The notes under the pieces are model-generated. The model was given only the letters and a program-made list of their open reading frames with translations, had not been told where the DNA came from and made no database searches. From Azolla caroliniana (Eukaryota; Plantae; Polypodiophyta), in assembly GCA_043228905.1 (NCBI GenBank), contig JBHGNT010000016.1:5642001-5706000 (forward strand): a DNA stretch of 64,000 bases, read 5' to 3'. Of this stretch, positions 35,671 to 46,647 are shown in pieces (the first letter of the stretch is position 1; the number at the start of each line of letters is the position of its first letter). The position numbers were made by a program, and so were the translations under genes.

Positions 35671-36172
35671 ATCATAAAGATGAATGGAGAAATGTCACGA
35701 GAAAATATCACAAACTTCAGAGGAATTCTGGCAGAAAGATTGCCACGATGCAAAAGAGGTGTAAGAGAAAAGAAGACCACAAAATTAAGATGATTAAGAT
35801 CATGCCGAAGTGAGAGAGTGTACGAAAAGAACTTACTTGTGTACTACTGAGCTGCTGGGCCATCAATCTGGAAGCGATTTCATGTTTGAAGAAGAACCGA
35901 TGGAGGAGAAGAAGATTGAAAGGGAAAACATAGTGTGGAATTGTAGAAGAAAGATGGCTCACCATGTCAAACGTTGACTTACTAAGGAACCAAGAGCGAG
36001 AAGAAGAAGAAGAAGAAGAAGAAGAAGAAGGACTCAGCTCTATGATCTGATATGGTTCTTCAACACATCCTTCATCAGCTTCTGCAAAGATTCCATAACT
36101 AAATAGTACAGAGCGAAGGAGCGAATTCATACAGCGTCGATAAGCGGAGGCTGCAATGAAAGGATTATCCAT
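34472..36172 (-). CDS. Hypothetical protein, multi-exon, family not recognised (possibly a pseudogene)
   Basis: Likely first exon 36172-35963 (MDNPFIAASAYRRCMNSLLRSVLFSYGIF..STFDM|GTGAGC) and an 870-nt open exon after a tgcag acceptor (35341-34472, DFEHKDPNNYKFC...). Candidate small exons near 35868-35837, 35555-35531 and 35452 could not be joined unambiguously. Confidence 0.5.
35628..35668. repeat. (GA)n microsatellite
   Basis: Perfect dinucleotide run. Confidence 0.95.
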
Positions 36173-36255
36173 GGATCCCTTTAAACTGACACTAACGACA
36201 GATTCGAGGAAGCAGAAGATGAAGATGAAGATGAAGAAGAAGAAGAAAAAGAGCA

Positions 36256-36537
36256 GAAGTTGGAGGAGAGGTTCAAATTTGGGCATGGAAATCTTCCAAG
36301 AATCGGTCTGCGTACTTCCGGAAGATTTCTCCTTCTCTTCTAGAAGCTTCTAGAAGAAGCTCTCCATCTTCCAATTTGACAGCTCTCAGAAGAAGAAGAA
36401 GAAGAACAGAAAGTTGGAGGAGGTTCAAATTTGGGCATGGAAATCTTCCAAGAATCTGTCTGCGTACTTCCGGAAGCTTTCTCCTTCTCTTCTAGAAGCT
36501 TCTAGAAGAAGCTCTCAATCTTCCAATTTGACAGCTT
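36256..36537. repeat. Tandem duplication, ~155-bp unit, upstream of the hypothetical gene
   Basis: aagttggagga..ggttcaaatttgggcatggaaatcttccaagaatc.gtctgcgtacttccggaag...ccaatttgacagct occurs twice. Confidence 0.93.
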
Positions 36538-37282
36538 TTTCGAATTTACAAAAAAATGTCCCTTTGCTCTTTTGGCCAGGCACCTCCCGCATTCTTTTGT
36601 CCGGGCCAGGGCCGTGACATGCCCAGTTTCTTCGGCCTACACATTTTACGCAGATTTGTCCGGACATAAATCTAATATTGTCATCGAGACCAGGCCCAGG
36701 AAAAAGGCGTGCCCATGAGCGCGCACGAAAGAAGAATAGAAAAACGTAATAGGCCTCCCTGGCATGGACTCGAATGGACGGGACTTTGACTCACGTTTTC
36801 GATATTGGTTGTCCCAAGCTCTCATTCGCGGTTGACCTTCTTCGACCTCTAACTAGACAAGCATGACTAGGCCACCACGACACTTACGCATGGTTCATAC
36901 TTAAGGCTTTTGTTTGTCTTGCAGTATCATGTTGATCTGCACGGTTCTCATTGGTCGCCTCTTGAGGCTAGTTCAAACAAGATGTGAATCGACAAGTGCC
37001 ACCAAATAATTTGCAACCTAATTTGACTAAAGAAGCTCATCGTATGGACAAATAAATCAACCAATTAGGTAGGAAGTCACGCTCAATTGTTCCCTTCTCT
37101 CTTCTTAGTCTCTATTAATCTTCCCAACCTCGACTATGGTATGGAGGTTATCATGGTTCTCTTGTTGTCGTGCACACTCTCAATTTTCATGTTCCATTAG
37201 CAAGAATGTTGAATACAAAGAGTCACTTGCCAACTCCACAGACACTACAGAAAAATGCGTGAGTTCATTCTCATAAGTAATA

Positions 37283-37560
37283 TGTTGAGAGTCAAACCCA
37301 ACTTCCCTAATGTAGCTTCACACTAGCAATGGACACTTTAGGTTCATGCTAGTTTTGTAAATAGTAGAAAGGGTAGTTGCCCTAGGTTAGTTGGTATTTT
37401 AACCAACTCTTTTGTAACCAAGTTACTGTTGGATGTATATTTTATATTTTCTAATCTAGCTTCTTGTTCTCTGTCTCTTTAAGCTCTCTCTCTTTCTTTC
37501 TTTGTCTTGCACATACACACATAGGCACAGGTTTCTTCCGCTGCACACTATTTCTTTACA
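37283..37560 (+). mobile_element. Solo LTR (copia family, 278 bp) with 5-bp TSD TAATA
   Basis: TGTTGAGAGTC...TTCTTTACA, flanked by TAATA at 37278-37282 and 37561-37565. Homologous to the LTRs at 37638-37912 and 40585-40898. Confidence 0.9.
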
Positions 37561-38051
37561 TAATACTTAATTTTGAAGGTGTTGATGTTGTGATGTAGCA
37601 TGTGCGAAGGGAGAATAACACAAACACACATACTCACTATTGAGAGTCAAATCCAACTTCCCTAATGTAGTGGCTTTCACACTAACAATGGACATACTAG
37701 GTCCAGACTAGTTTTGTAAACAATAGAAAGGGTTTAGTTGCTATTTAAACCAACTCTTTTGTAACCAAGTTACTATTAGATGTATATTTCATATTTTCTA
37801 ATATAGCTTATTGTTCTCTATCTCTCTCTGTTTGTCTTGCACGCACGCACACACACACACACACAGTTTTCTTCCGTTGTGCAAGAATACCTACACTCTC
37901 CGTTTCTTTTCATGGTATCAGAGTGTGTGGTAGTCTAATTCGCGTAGCTGTGTTGTATTGCTCGCTGACAATCAAACGTGACAACCAACTCAACAATAGA
38001 GAAGAAAAACGACACCATGAACACTCATATGGGAAGCACTCTTCCTACCGA

Positions 38052-40311
38052 GTGCACTTTTCGCAGGGGGTAACATCGTGCACTCCTAATGTTGTCCAAC
38101 GATTCATCAGATAGACGGGCATATCCGCTGCTTCAGCCCAGTATGATTTTGGTAGATGTTTCTTGATGTTCATAATTGCCCTTGCCACCTCGAGTATGTG
38201 CCGGTTCTTGCGTTCGGTTGTAACTCCGTTCTGTTGAGGTGTGTGTCGGCAGGTAAACTCTCACCGAATTCCTTCTTGTCGAAGGTATGCGGAAAAGGCG
38301 TCGGAGAAGTACTCTTTGTCGTCGTCTGATCGAAGGCATCGTACATGACGATTGGTTGCCTTTTCGACTTCGTTCTTGAATTTCTGGAAGTGCGAGAACA
38401 CTTCATTTTTCTGGCACATTGGATAAATTTTGGTATGTCTGGAGAAGTCGTCAATGAACGTTGCTATTTGCCTAATTGACAAGCTTCGCACACGCCTACA
38501 ATTTCCTTTTCGGTAGAAGTTGAGAGTCCGATGACGATTCCTTTCGACTACATTCCCTTGAGCTTTTGGAGGTTGATGTGGCCTATCCTCTTATGCCACA
38601 AATCTATGTCGGTGTTGGCTCTCGGGCCCTTGGCATACATTGCCGATTTCATCTCGTGAGAGTCGAGGATGAACATCTGACCTTCTCTCCGACCGCAAGT
38701 GATAAGTCGACCTTCTTTTTCAATGAAGGATCCTCCATCGTTGTAACGGACTTGCATGCCTTGTTCAACTATCTAGCCAACTGAGACCAAGTTCTTCATT
38801 ATTGTAGGAACATGCAAAACATTTTTTATGTAGGTTTGGTTGCCTTTTTCCCCAAATGAGACATTGCCGACATGCTGAATGGGGTGAATTGTGGAAACTG
38901 GGAGTATAGATAAAAGATAGAGACAATGTATGATTTAAGAAGCAAGCATATATGATATGAACATGATTTATATTAAGAAAACAAGATTTTACCAACTTTA
39001 CAATGCTTGATAGCAAAATGAAACCTTTCTCTACCAACTCTTGATTTGAATCCTCAACTTCAACACCGAGAGACAAGACACTTCCCCAAATGAGCTAGCT
39101 TCTTTGCTTGGGAAATCTCTCATGCATATGATGATATGGGGGGTGCATGTAATGCATGTGATGCATGATTGCCATTTGGCCACATGTGTTACATGTGATG
39201 CATGATAGCCATTGTGCTCATCTAAGCTCTAATGTATGAAGATACACATGTCACAAGTATGATGATAAAAATATAATTGTAGAAGATAACTTATCTTAAC
39301 GGTATATACTTTGCCCTTGGTGTGTGAGGTTATGGGTTCAAGTCTCTCAAATGTTACTTAATACAATATTTGAAGTTTATTTTTATATCGTGAAGCAAAT
39401 CCTTCACGACACCGGGTCGTTAAGGCTTTCGTAGCTCCTTGAACCAATCCTCATGGGATGTCATGTCGTTGGATGCACCCAAGTCGACAAACCATACATC
39501 TTTTGGTTTGGAGATGTTGGTCGGGTTGGAGGCTGTCATCGAGTTCAATCTGTGCCTCATCACAAACATTGAGTACAAGATACATCCAAGAGGCCAAAAC
39601 ACCGAAGGAGCCGTGGGGGAACCTCAAGAAGATTTTCGCGGCCAACATGACCGCAAGAAAGCTTCAACTCCGTCAAGAGTTGAATAGTATACAATAGAGG
39701 GACATGTCAATTGGCAACGACACCTTGAAGATCAAGGAGTTGTGTGATGTCCTCCTGTCGATCAATGTTAGCGGGTTGGAGGTTATCATCGAGTTCGGCG
39801 TTTTGGCCGACAAGGTATTGGTGCATCTTGTACTCCCAACATGCAAAGTTATTTCTGTCGAGCTTCTCAGTAGGAAGAGCACGTCCCATCGGAGAGTTCA
39901 TTGTCGAACTTCTTCTCCTCCTCCTCTTTTATACGAATTGTGCATGTTGCTGCTACAACGATCAGCTGGTCCTTTCCGAACACAAGATTGAGTAGAACAC
40001 ACGTAAAGGCGATGGGCTTCGATCAAGCAACCACGCGCTTTGATACCATGTAGAGAATCAGTGATGATTTTGTGCAATGGAAGAACTATGTGTGTGGAGA
40101 GAGAGAGAGAGAGCTCAAGGTTATAGAAAAACAGAAAACTATATTACAAGGAAAAACAAGAATAACCAACATTACAAAAGAGAAGGGGTTCAAGGTGCTA
40201 TGTAGTCACCTTCTCTCTAAGTTCTCTCACTAGTACCACCTCTTGGGAAAGAGCTCATGTCTTAACTACTTAAAGAATATATGGACTCATAGGACATTAA
40301 CTTCTATAACA
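38052..40311 (-). mobile_element. Nested, oppositely oriented, internally deleted copia element (LTR, PBS, gag/protease/integrase fragments)
   Basis: Minus strand: LTR 40311-40049 (TGTTATAG...CTACA), PBS TGGTATCAAAGC at 40048-40037, gag MGRALPTEKLDRNNFACWEYKMHQYL, protease VWFVDLGASNDMTSH, pre-integrase DLWHKRIGHIN, integrase TFIDDFSRHTKIY..CLRSDDDKEY. Confidence 0.85.
38890..39406 (-). mobile_element. Solo-LTR-like insertion (~517 bp) interrupting the nested protease region
   Basis: Minus strand TGAAGG...TTCCACA separates collinear copia protease pieces (KP*RPG | IHPIQHVGNV). No matching TSD seen. Confidence 0.45.
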
Positions 40312-40785
40312 CACTAGTTACTATACAAGGAGATGGGGTGGTCACACACTTGAGTATCTTAGAGTGTGTTCCCACACACATGAAGTTGAGTTTGATTCTC
40401 AACAAAGCGCGAAGAAACAGGCTACTCGAACAAGGAGCACAAAGTAGTCGAACAAAGGAGAACATATACCAATCGACCAGTCGAAGCCAACCATACGGAC
40501 ATAGAGTTGAGTAATTCAGAAAGCCAAAATGAACCAAACAACAAGACGACCTTCCAGTGACCGAAAGTTGTGTTTGAAGGGGCATGTTGAGAGTCAAATC
40601 CAACTTCCCTAATGTAGTGGATTTCACACTAGCAACGGACATACTAGGTCCATGCTAGTTTTGTAAATAATAGAAAGGGCAGTTGCCCTAAGTTAGTTGG
40701 TATTTAAACCAACTCTTTTGTAACCAAGTTATTGTTGGATGTATATTTCATATTTTCTAATATAGCTTCTTGTTCTCTATCTCTC

Positions 40786-40828
<43 letters not shown>

Positions 40829-43505
40829 TCTTGCACATACACACATAGATAGTTTTCTTCCGATGCACAAGAATACCTACACTCTCTGTTTCTTTAGACT
40901 CACGATATTTCTAAAAGCACATTTGTACCAGCACATGTATACACAAGTTAAAAGCATATATATAACATTATGAAACCACAAACAAGTCGGATCACGTGCA
41001 CATACCAAGAAGGAATATTAGCTAGAGCACACACACATGTCAACTTATACGCAGGTTCTGCAAACACTATGAAGACAACAATGTCAAATCCCATCTTTCT
41101 TATTTCAAGGGTCTAGACTCTAGTGGTCCCGCTCGTATCCTCCACATACTTCTCGTGGATTCTCATATCAACAATACTAAAGTATATTTGTATATCTATC
41201 TCTAAATACGTGTAGGTGGCTATCCATCTCTTTATCTTTCTCTCAATAGAATGCTCTTTCTTAGTATTGATGAAACTGAATTTCTAAATAGAATCATACC
41301 CACTCACAATTTTAATGATATCATTCACATATTATGTAATAACATGGTATACTTTAGGAATAGTTTGGTGTGAAAGAGGATTTTTTAACTAGGCTATCTT
41401 GGGCAAGTGGTTGATTTCCACTCTTTGCATATCATTAGATAAAGAAGAAAATCTATGTGTGTTTTTGTGGTGGGAATCTCCACACAATTAAGTTTTTCAA
41501 ACATGTGTTGAGCAAAAGTATATTCAATTATTCAATTAACCTTGTTTCTTGTTATGCTTTTTGGTGGCTACATGGTCTCTTTGCATCACCATGTTGAACT
41601 AGGTTAATTTTTGTAACATTGTAAGCTAAATGATTCTTGAGATAGTTATATTGTAGCTTTATCAACTTTTGTGGAACCCTAAACTACTACTTAATGTGTT
41701 TATGCTTGACTGGACACTAAAAACTTTTTTTGTCTAGGTGCAAATGCTACCAATCATGACACTCCCATAACATCCGTCTTCAAACAACCGAAAGAGCATC
41801 CATGAACACTTTCCCTTAAAACTAGCTTGATGTATCTACTACGGAGTGTGCAACTTGCATTCATATTAGTTCAATGTGTGTATTTCAACGATGACAAGTT
41901 GCATTGCATATTTTGTAGAAAAACCTTTATAGGCAACACCCTAGCACAAATTCTTGTTTGACTCTAGCAATGACTTTTATCGTATACATAAGTTCTTGTT
42001 AGAGTAAGAAGCAAACATTACATGGAAATGTAAGCAGTATTTTATTTTTCTTTTACCATCATGGTACAAAGTGAAACTCGGTTGTTTACAAACTCTGCAC
42101 ATTGTACCCCAAAAGAAAGAGTAATATCATGATGTCTCGTGCCTAGATTATCTAGTACTTGATGAATGGTATATCAACTCCATATGGAACACCCTAGATT
42201 TTCAGATATGAAACATGAACAACAGAACATTGTTTTCATTTAAATATGTTATAAGCATGAAGTAGATTGAGTTAAGGTTGGAAAGCAAAGAACCATTGTT
42301 GAAGGAAGCATTTTGCTTCATGGAACTTATAGTCAATAATACGTTAAACGTAGTCGTTTAATATATGCTCTAACCTCTAAGCTTGAAGTAACCAACAAAC
42401 AATTGTTGTGACTCCTAAAACATTTTGTTTGATGGTGTTCTAACCAACCCTCAACAAAATCCAATTCCATAGTCAAGACTCAAGACTTTTTGCTTCATCA
42501 TGTTCTAACCAACCCTCTACGAAAACCAATCCCATAGTCAATACTTTCGTCAAATGTTGTTTTATGTTTAGATTTGAAGGAGTTATTTGTTGCTGCTAAG
42601 GGTGAATACATTATTTGAACTTTGGCACATGGCTTATAAGGATGACACAAGAACAATAGGGCGAATCTCTACTTCATTTGAATTCTTATATTTAACCTTA
42701 AACCTTTTGTTACGATCTTAAATCTTGCACACCACACCCTTTGATGCATTAACGCAATTTACGAATAGCTCTGCTATTTCCAACATTTGTCCTTACTTTT
42801 CTATGTAAGTACTAAGAAGATTATATATAGAGCCTACATTATGTTAGGATATAGGACATGCACAACCAACCCATCCTAGAGTTGATCTAGATGAAGCCCA
42901 TGAGATATGGATTATTTGTCAACTTTGATGCCTCTCAAATTTTATTCTCCTAGGAAAGATTGTTAGCTTAATTGTTGAGTATAAACCCTGATCAATCAAA
43001 GGCACATTATGAATTTCCATAATTAGGCATTCTAGTTAGAATTGGTGTTGGGAAGGGAGAATCATGCATGGAAATCTACATCTACATCATCCTTAGCCAA
43101 TTACTTGTTAGCAAAGTGAAGTGTTGTTGGAGATTGAAGTGATAATATAGGTATTCAAGTTCACTAGATACCCATGTGTCATGAGAAATACTAAACTATG
43201 AAATCATGGTGTCATGACAATTTATAATCAATTTAAACTGAAGACGCCTCTATCAATACACACACAATGGTGTAATGAGATCACCTCTTCCAAGGCGTTT
43301 CCTTTGGAACTTGAGTGCTCCTTGGAATATGGTCTCTAGATTCAAAGCAAAAAAATTATTCACTAAATGTGTGTATTGATAAGTTTAACATGGAGATAAT
43401 AATTTATCAATAAAAAGAAGAAGAGTGATGCTTTTTATGTTTACTTACTAACGCGCTTTGATGTGGACCTTTGAGCAAAATGCATGTCAATTGAGAGTGA
43501 CGCTC

Positions 43506-43537
<32 letters not shown>

Positions 43538-45942
43538 CATATATTAGTAATTGGTATCATACACATCATTGTAGACTTTTCTCAGTCTCGTGACTCGTCT
43601 TCTTGATCGAAATGTTTTTTGAGTTTTAAAAGTGTTTATATGTTTGTGTGTGTAGATACCAAGTGATTATGCAGCAATGATTAACTTTGGATATAAAATC
43701 TGAAGCTCAAATATTTAGAAGTTATCTTATATCTTTATTGCATTGAAGTTGAAGTTTCAATCAATTTATAAAAGAAAATTGTGACGGGCAAGCAACAAAG
43801 GAAACTATCAATCATACATTTTTTTAAGTATAGATTGGCAAGGAATCCGGTCTTGGGACGAGAAAACATGCGGGTACAAGGATATGTATAGACATAAATA
43901 ACTCGACACTCAACGTCTCGCATTAAAGTTGTTACGACTTTAATGGTTAAACACTGGCACACGGTGCAAATACAACACAAGTTGCAATGAATAAACAACA
44001 TGCGTGTGAGATTAAAAAGGAAACATGTTTGACTATCGAAACCATCATTCACTAGATAGCTCAGAGTGTCATTTGGTTGAAATAAGGAATTGATGGCAGC
44101 AACTTAATGTAAATAATATTTGTTTCTATCGATGCATTTAACTCTTGTTTTATCCCATCCATAAGAGTTGCTTAGTTAATGATGAACTTATATTAATGTT
44201 AAGCTAAGTATAGGCTAGTTTGTTATTTGACATGTGATAAACTACTCATGATGAAAAAATAGATCTATTTTAGGAGGTATTGTCTATTTGGGTACTTCAA
44301 GAAACATTTTATAACATTGTTGTTTGAGGTAACAACTTGTTGTACGAGTGTACGAGAAGGGATGCTAATGCACACATATGAAGGGTAATCGTGGGTTTTT
44401 ATGTTGGATAAAGAAGTGTTTCTTCTTGGATCAAAAGTCCATGGTCACAATTGGATCTCTTTCTTACCTTTTCAATGTATGATTCCTAGGTGATACCTGT
44501 GATTTTAATCACTTTCACGAAAACAATCTTTACTCCATTCTTCTTGAGTACCAAACTTGTTAGCATATTTGTGTTATTTTGTTAAAACAAGACCCATCTG
44601 GTGAATCCACATCATTTTTTTAGGTGCTTGTTTGGTGGCCTTCAAGAAAACTACCTTTATCCTATCTTTCTTGTGCACGAAATGTGCTTGTGTATTTCCT
44701 ATATCGTTGTTTAGTACAAGATCCTTCTAATGGACCCATGTCATCTTCAAAGATGCTTGTTTACAAAAACAATTGGAGGATAGGTAATCAATGAGGCCCT
44801 GCCACGTAATATGACCTTTTTGCCAACCGAATCAAAGTAGCCAATTTGTATAAAAAAATATTGAACAACCAACAACATGTTTTGTGATTGGTAATGGTAT
44901 AACAGGAAGGCCTTTATGCTTAAAAATGAGAGTGGAATGAGATGGTGATGAAATGTGACCCTTGGTACGGGACATAAGGAAAATAAGAGAAGAAGGCTCG
45001 CAAGTGTATTAACATCTCTAAAGAGGGAAAAAGAACATAAATGGACTATGAATTGAGCTGGTTAAAATTCCAAGGTGGGTGTTTGTCACTTGTTAGGGAT
45101 ACCTACATGCTAGGCTATAAAAGAACGTAGTAAAGTTGTGCAATTAAGGCAAAGTCGCAAACATGGCATACACTTCGGGATTGCATGTATTGTAAGTGTA
45201 AATATAAATACGCATAACATGTGCTCTACATATCCTCGTGCTACATTGCACGCACTTAACATATTGATCAAGATACATAACTTTATTCACTGCAAAGGAC
45301 ATTGCAAGTATTTGGAACACTATACATAAAATGCGTGACGGTTGGTACATGCATTTATGTTTTGTTTCGTCCATATTTTACATGCTTTATATGTATATTT
45401 TCTAATTTGGGCTATTTAATGACCCAAGGAAGAATGGGTGTGATTTACTCCTTGATTCAATAGAGAGTGCCCATGTTATACTCATTCATAAACACATCCC
45501 AAGGTTTACTACATATAGTCTTCAATGGAACTCACATTTAAATAGAGTTGGTTGTCTACATACGGTTGAAACCTTACATTCTTAGTGTTGAAAAGGGTTC
45601 ATCCCAACCTTATATGTATTGACACAAACATGTACGTTAAAACATGTACACATAACATCACATATAAGTCTCATCAATGGGAGGGGTAATTGTCGTAAAC
45701 GATTGAGGTTGTTGATGGTGGGTTTGTCTACACTACTACATAAGGCTAAAACACACATGTATTTAGTTTATGGTTTTGGGGAGTGGCTTTTGGATTTCCA
45801 TGTGAAAATCTCTTTCGTAAATGCACTTTTTTACCTGTGCACTTTTTGGAACCACTTGCAATCCACTCTCATCCCACTAAGATGAACTCACATTGCACAA
45901 GCTAAATATGAGGTAGTACACGCTAGACATAAATACACATCT

Positions 45943-46120
45943 CGATATATCATGAAATACGTACGACCACCCACATAAGTATACATACATACATACATAC
46001 ATATTTGCAACATTTGGATCAACAGAAGAGACGATATATCATGAAATATGTACGACCCCCGACATAAGTATACATACATACATACATATTTGCAACATTT
46101 GGATCAATAGAAGAGACGAT
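45943..46120. repeat. Tandem duplication, ~90-bp unit containing (ATAC)n
   Basis: cgatatatcatgaaata.gtacgacc.cc.acataagtatacatac...tttgcaacatttggatcaa.agaagagacgat occurs twice. Confidence 0.92.
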
Positions 46121-46137
46121 AGGGCCGCGGCGGTATA

Positions 46138-46150
46138 ACACGTGACGTGT
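46138..46150. promoter_or_regulatory. Overlapping G-box/ABRE-like ACGT elements ~500 bp upstream of the RING-vWA gene
   Basis: ACACGTGACGTGT contains CACGTG and GACGTGT and lies next to GC-rich GGGCCGCGGCGG. Motif match only. Confidence 0.3.
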
Positions 46151-46647
46151 AATTGTTGTTGAACTAAGGCATAATCCTAGGGTAAAATCCTGGGCTGGGA
46201 GGGAAATCAACCTTAGTAGTTAGTATGTACAACATGCCCTTAGAAGGAGCACTAAAACCTTGGGACAACTAACCTTAACATCATAACTAACCATGGTTAA
46301 ATACTAACCTTTCGGGACTTGTTAACCTCCAGTTTAAACTTAACCATGGGTGGAAGGAGGCTACTTTTGGAATTTCTACTAAACTTGGAGCCTAGTTTAA
46401 TAAGCTATATCTTTTCTCTTTTAAATAAGCTATGGCTATGGTCCCAGGCTGAAGTGGGCGGCTTGAAGGGTGGCTATGGCGACCTCTGTTTCTCTCTGCA
46501 TGAATATCGACCCTCTTCTTCTTCTTCTTCTTCTTCTTCTTCTTCTTCTTCTTTATCTTCTGTGATTTCCTGTCTGATGCCCACCATCGCCACCATCTTC
46601 TCCTTCTCCCATTCGTTTCTTGCATAATAATCCTGTTCCTTCTATAT

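Larger units (their letters stand above)
37638..40898 (+). mobile_element. Rearranged non-autonomous Ty1/copia LTR element with TSD CTCAC
   Basis: 5' LTR 37638-37912, PBS TGGTATCAGAG (tRNA-iMet) 37913-37923, gag start ATGGGAAGCACTCTTCCTACCGAG (MGSTLPTE) at ~38029, PPT TGAAGGGGCA before the 3' LTR 40585-40898. CTCAC at 37633-37637 and 40899-40903. Confidence 0.88.

Noticed and set aside
36085-36172. HORMA-like N-terminal helix (NSLLRSVLFSYGIF) in the unassigned gene
   Set aside because: Only a short pattern resemblance; the rest shows no recognisable HORMA features. A profile search would be needed.
41000-45900. Long AT-rich stretch with short ORFs
   Set aside because: No supportable coding, RNA or terminal-repeat structure seen by eye; probably decayed repeats.
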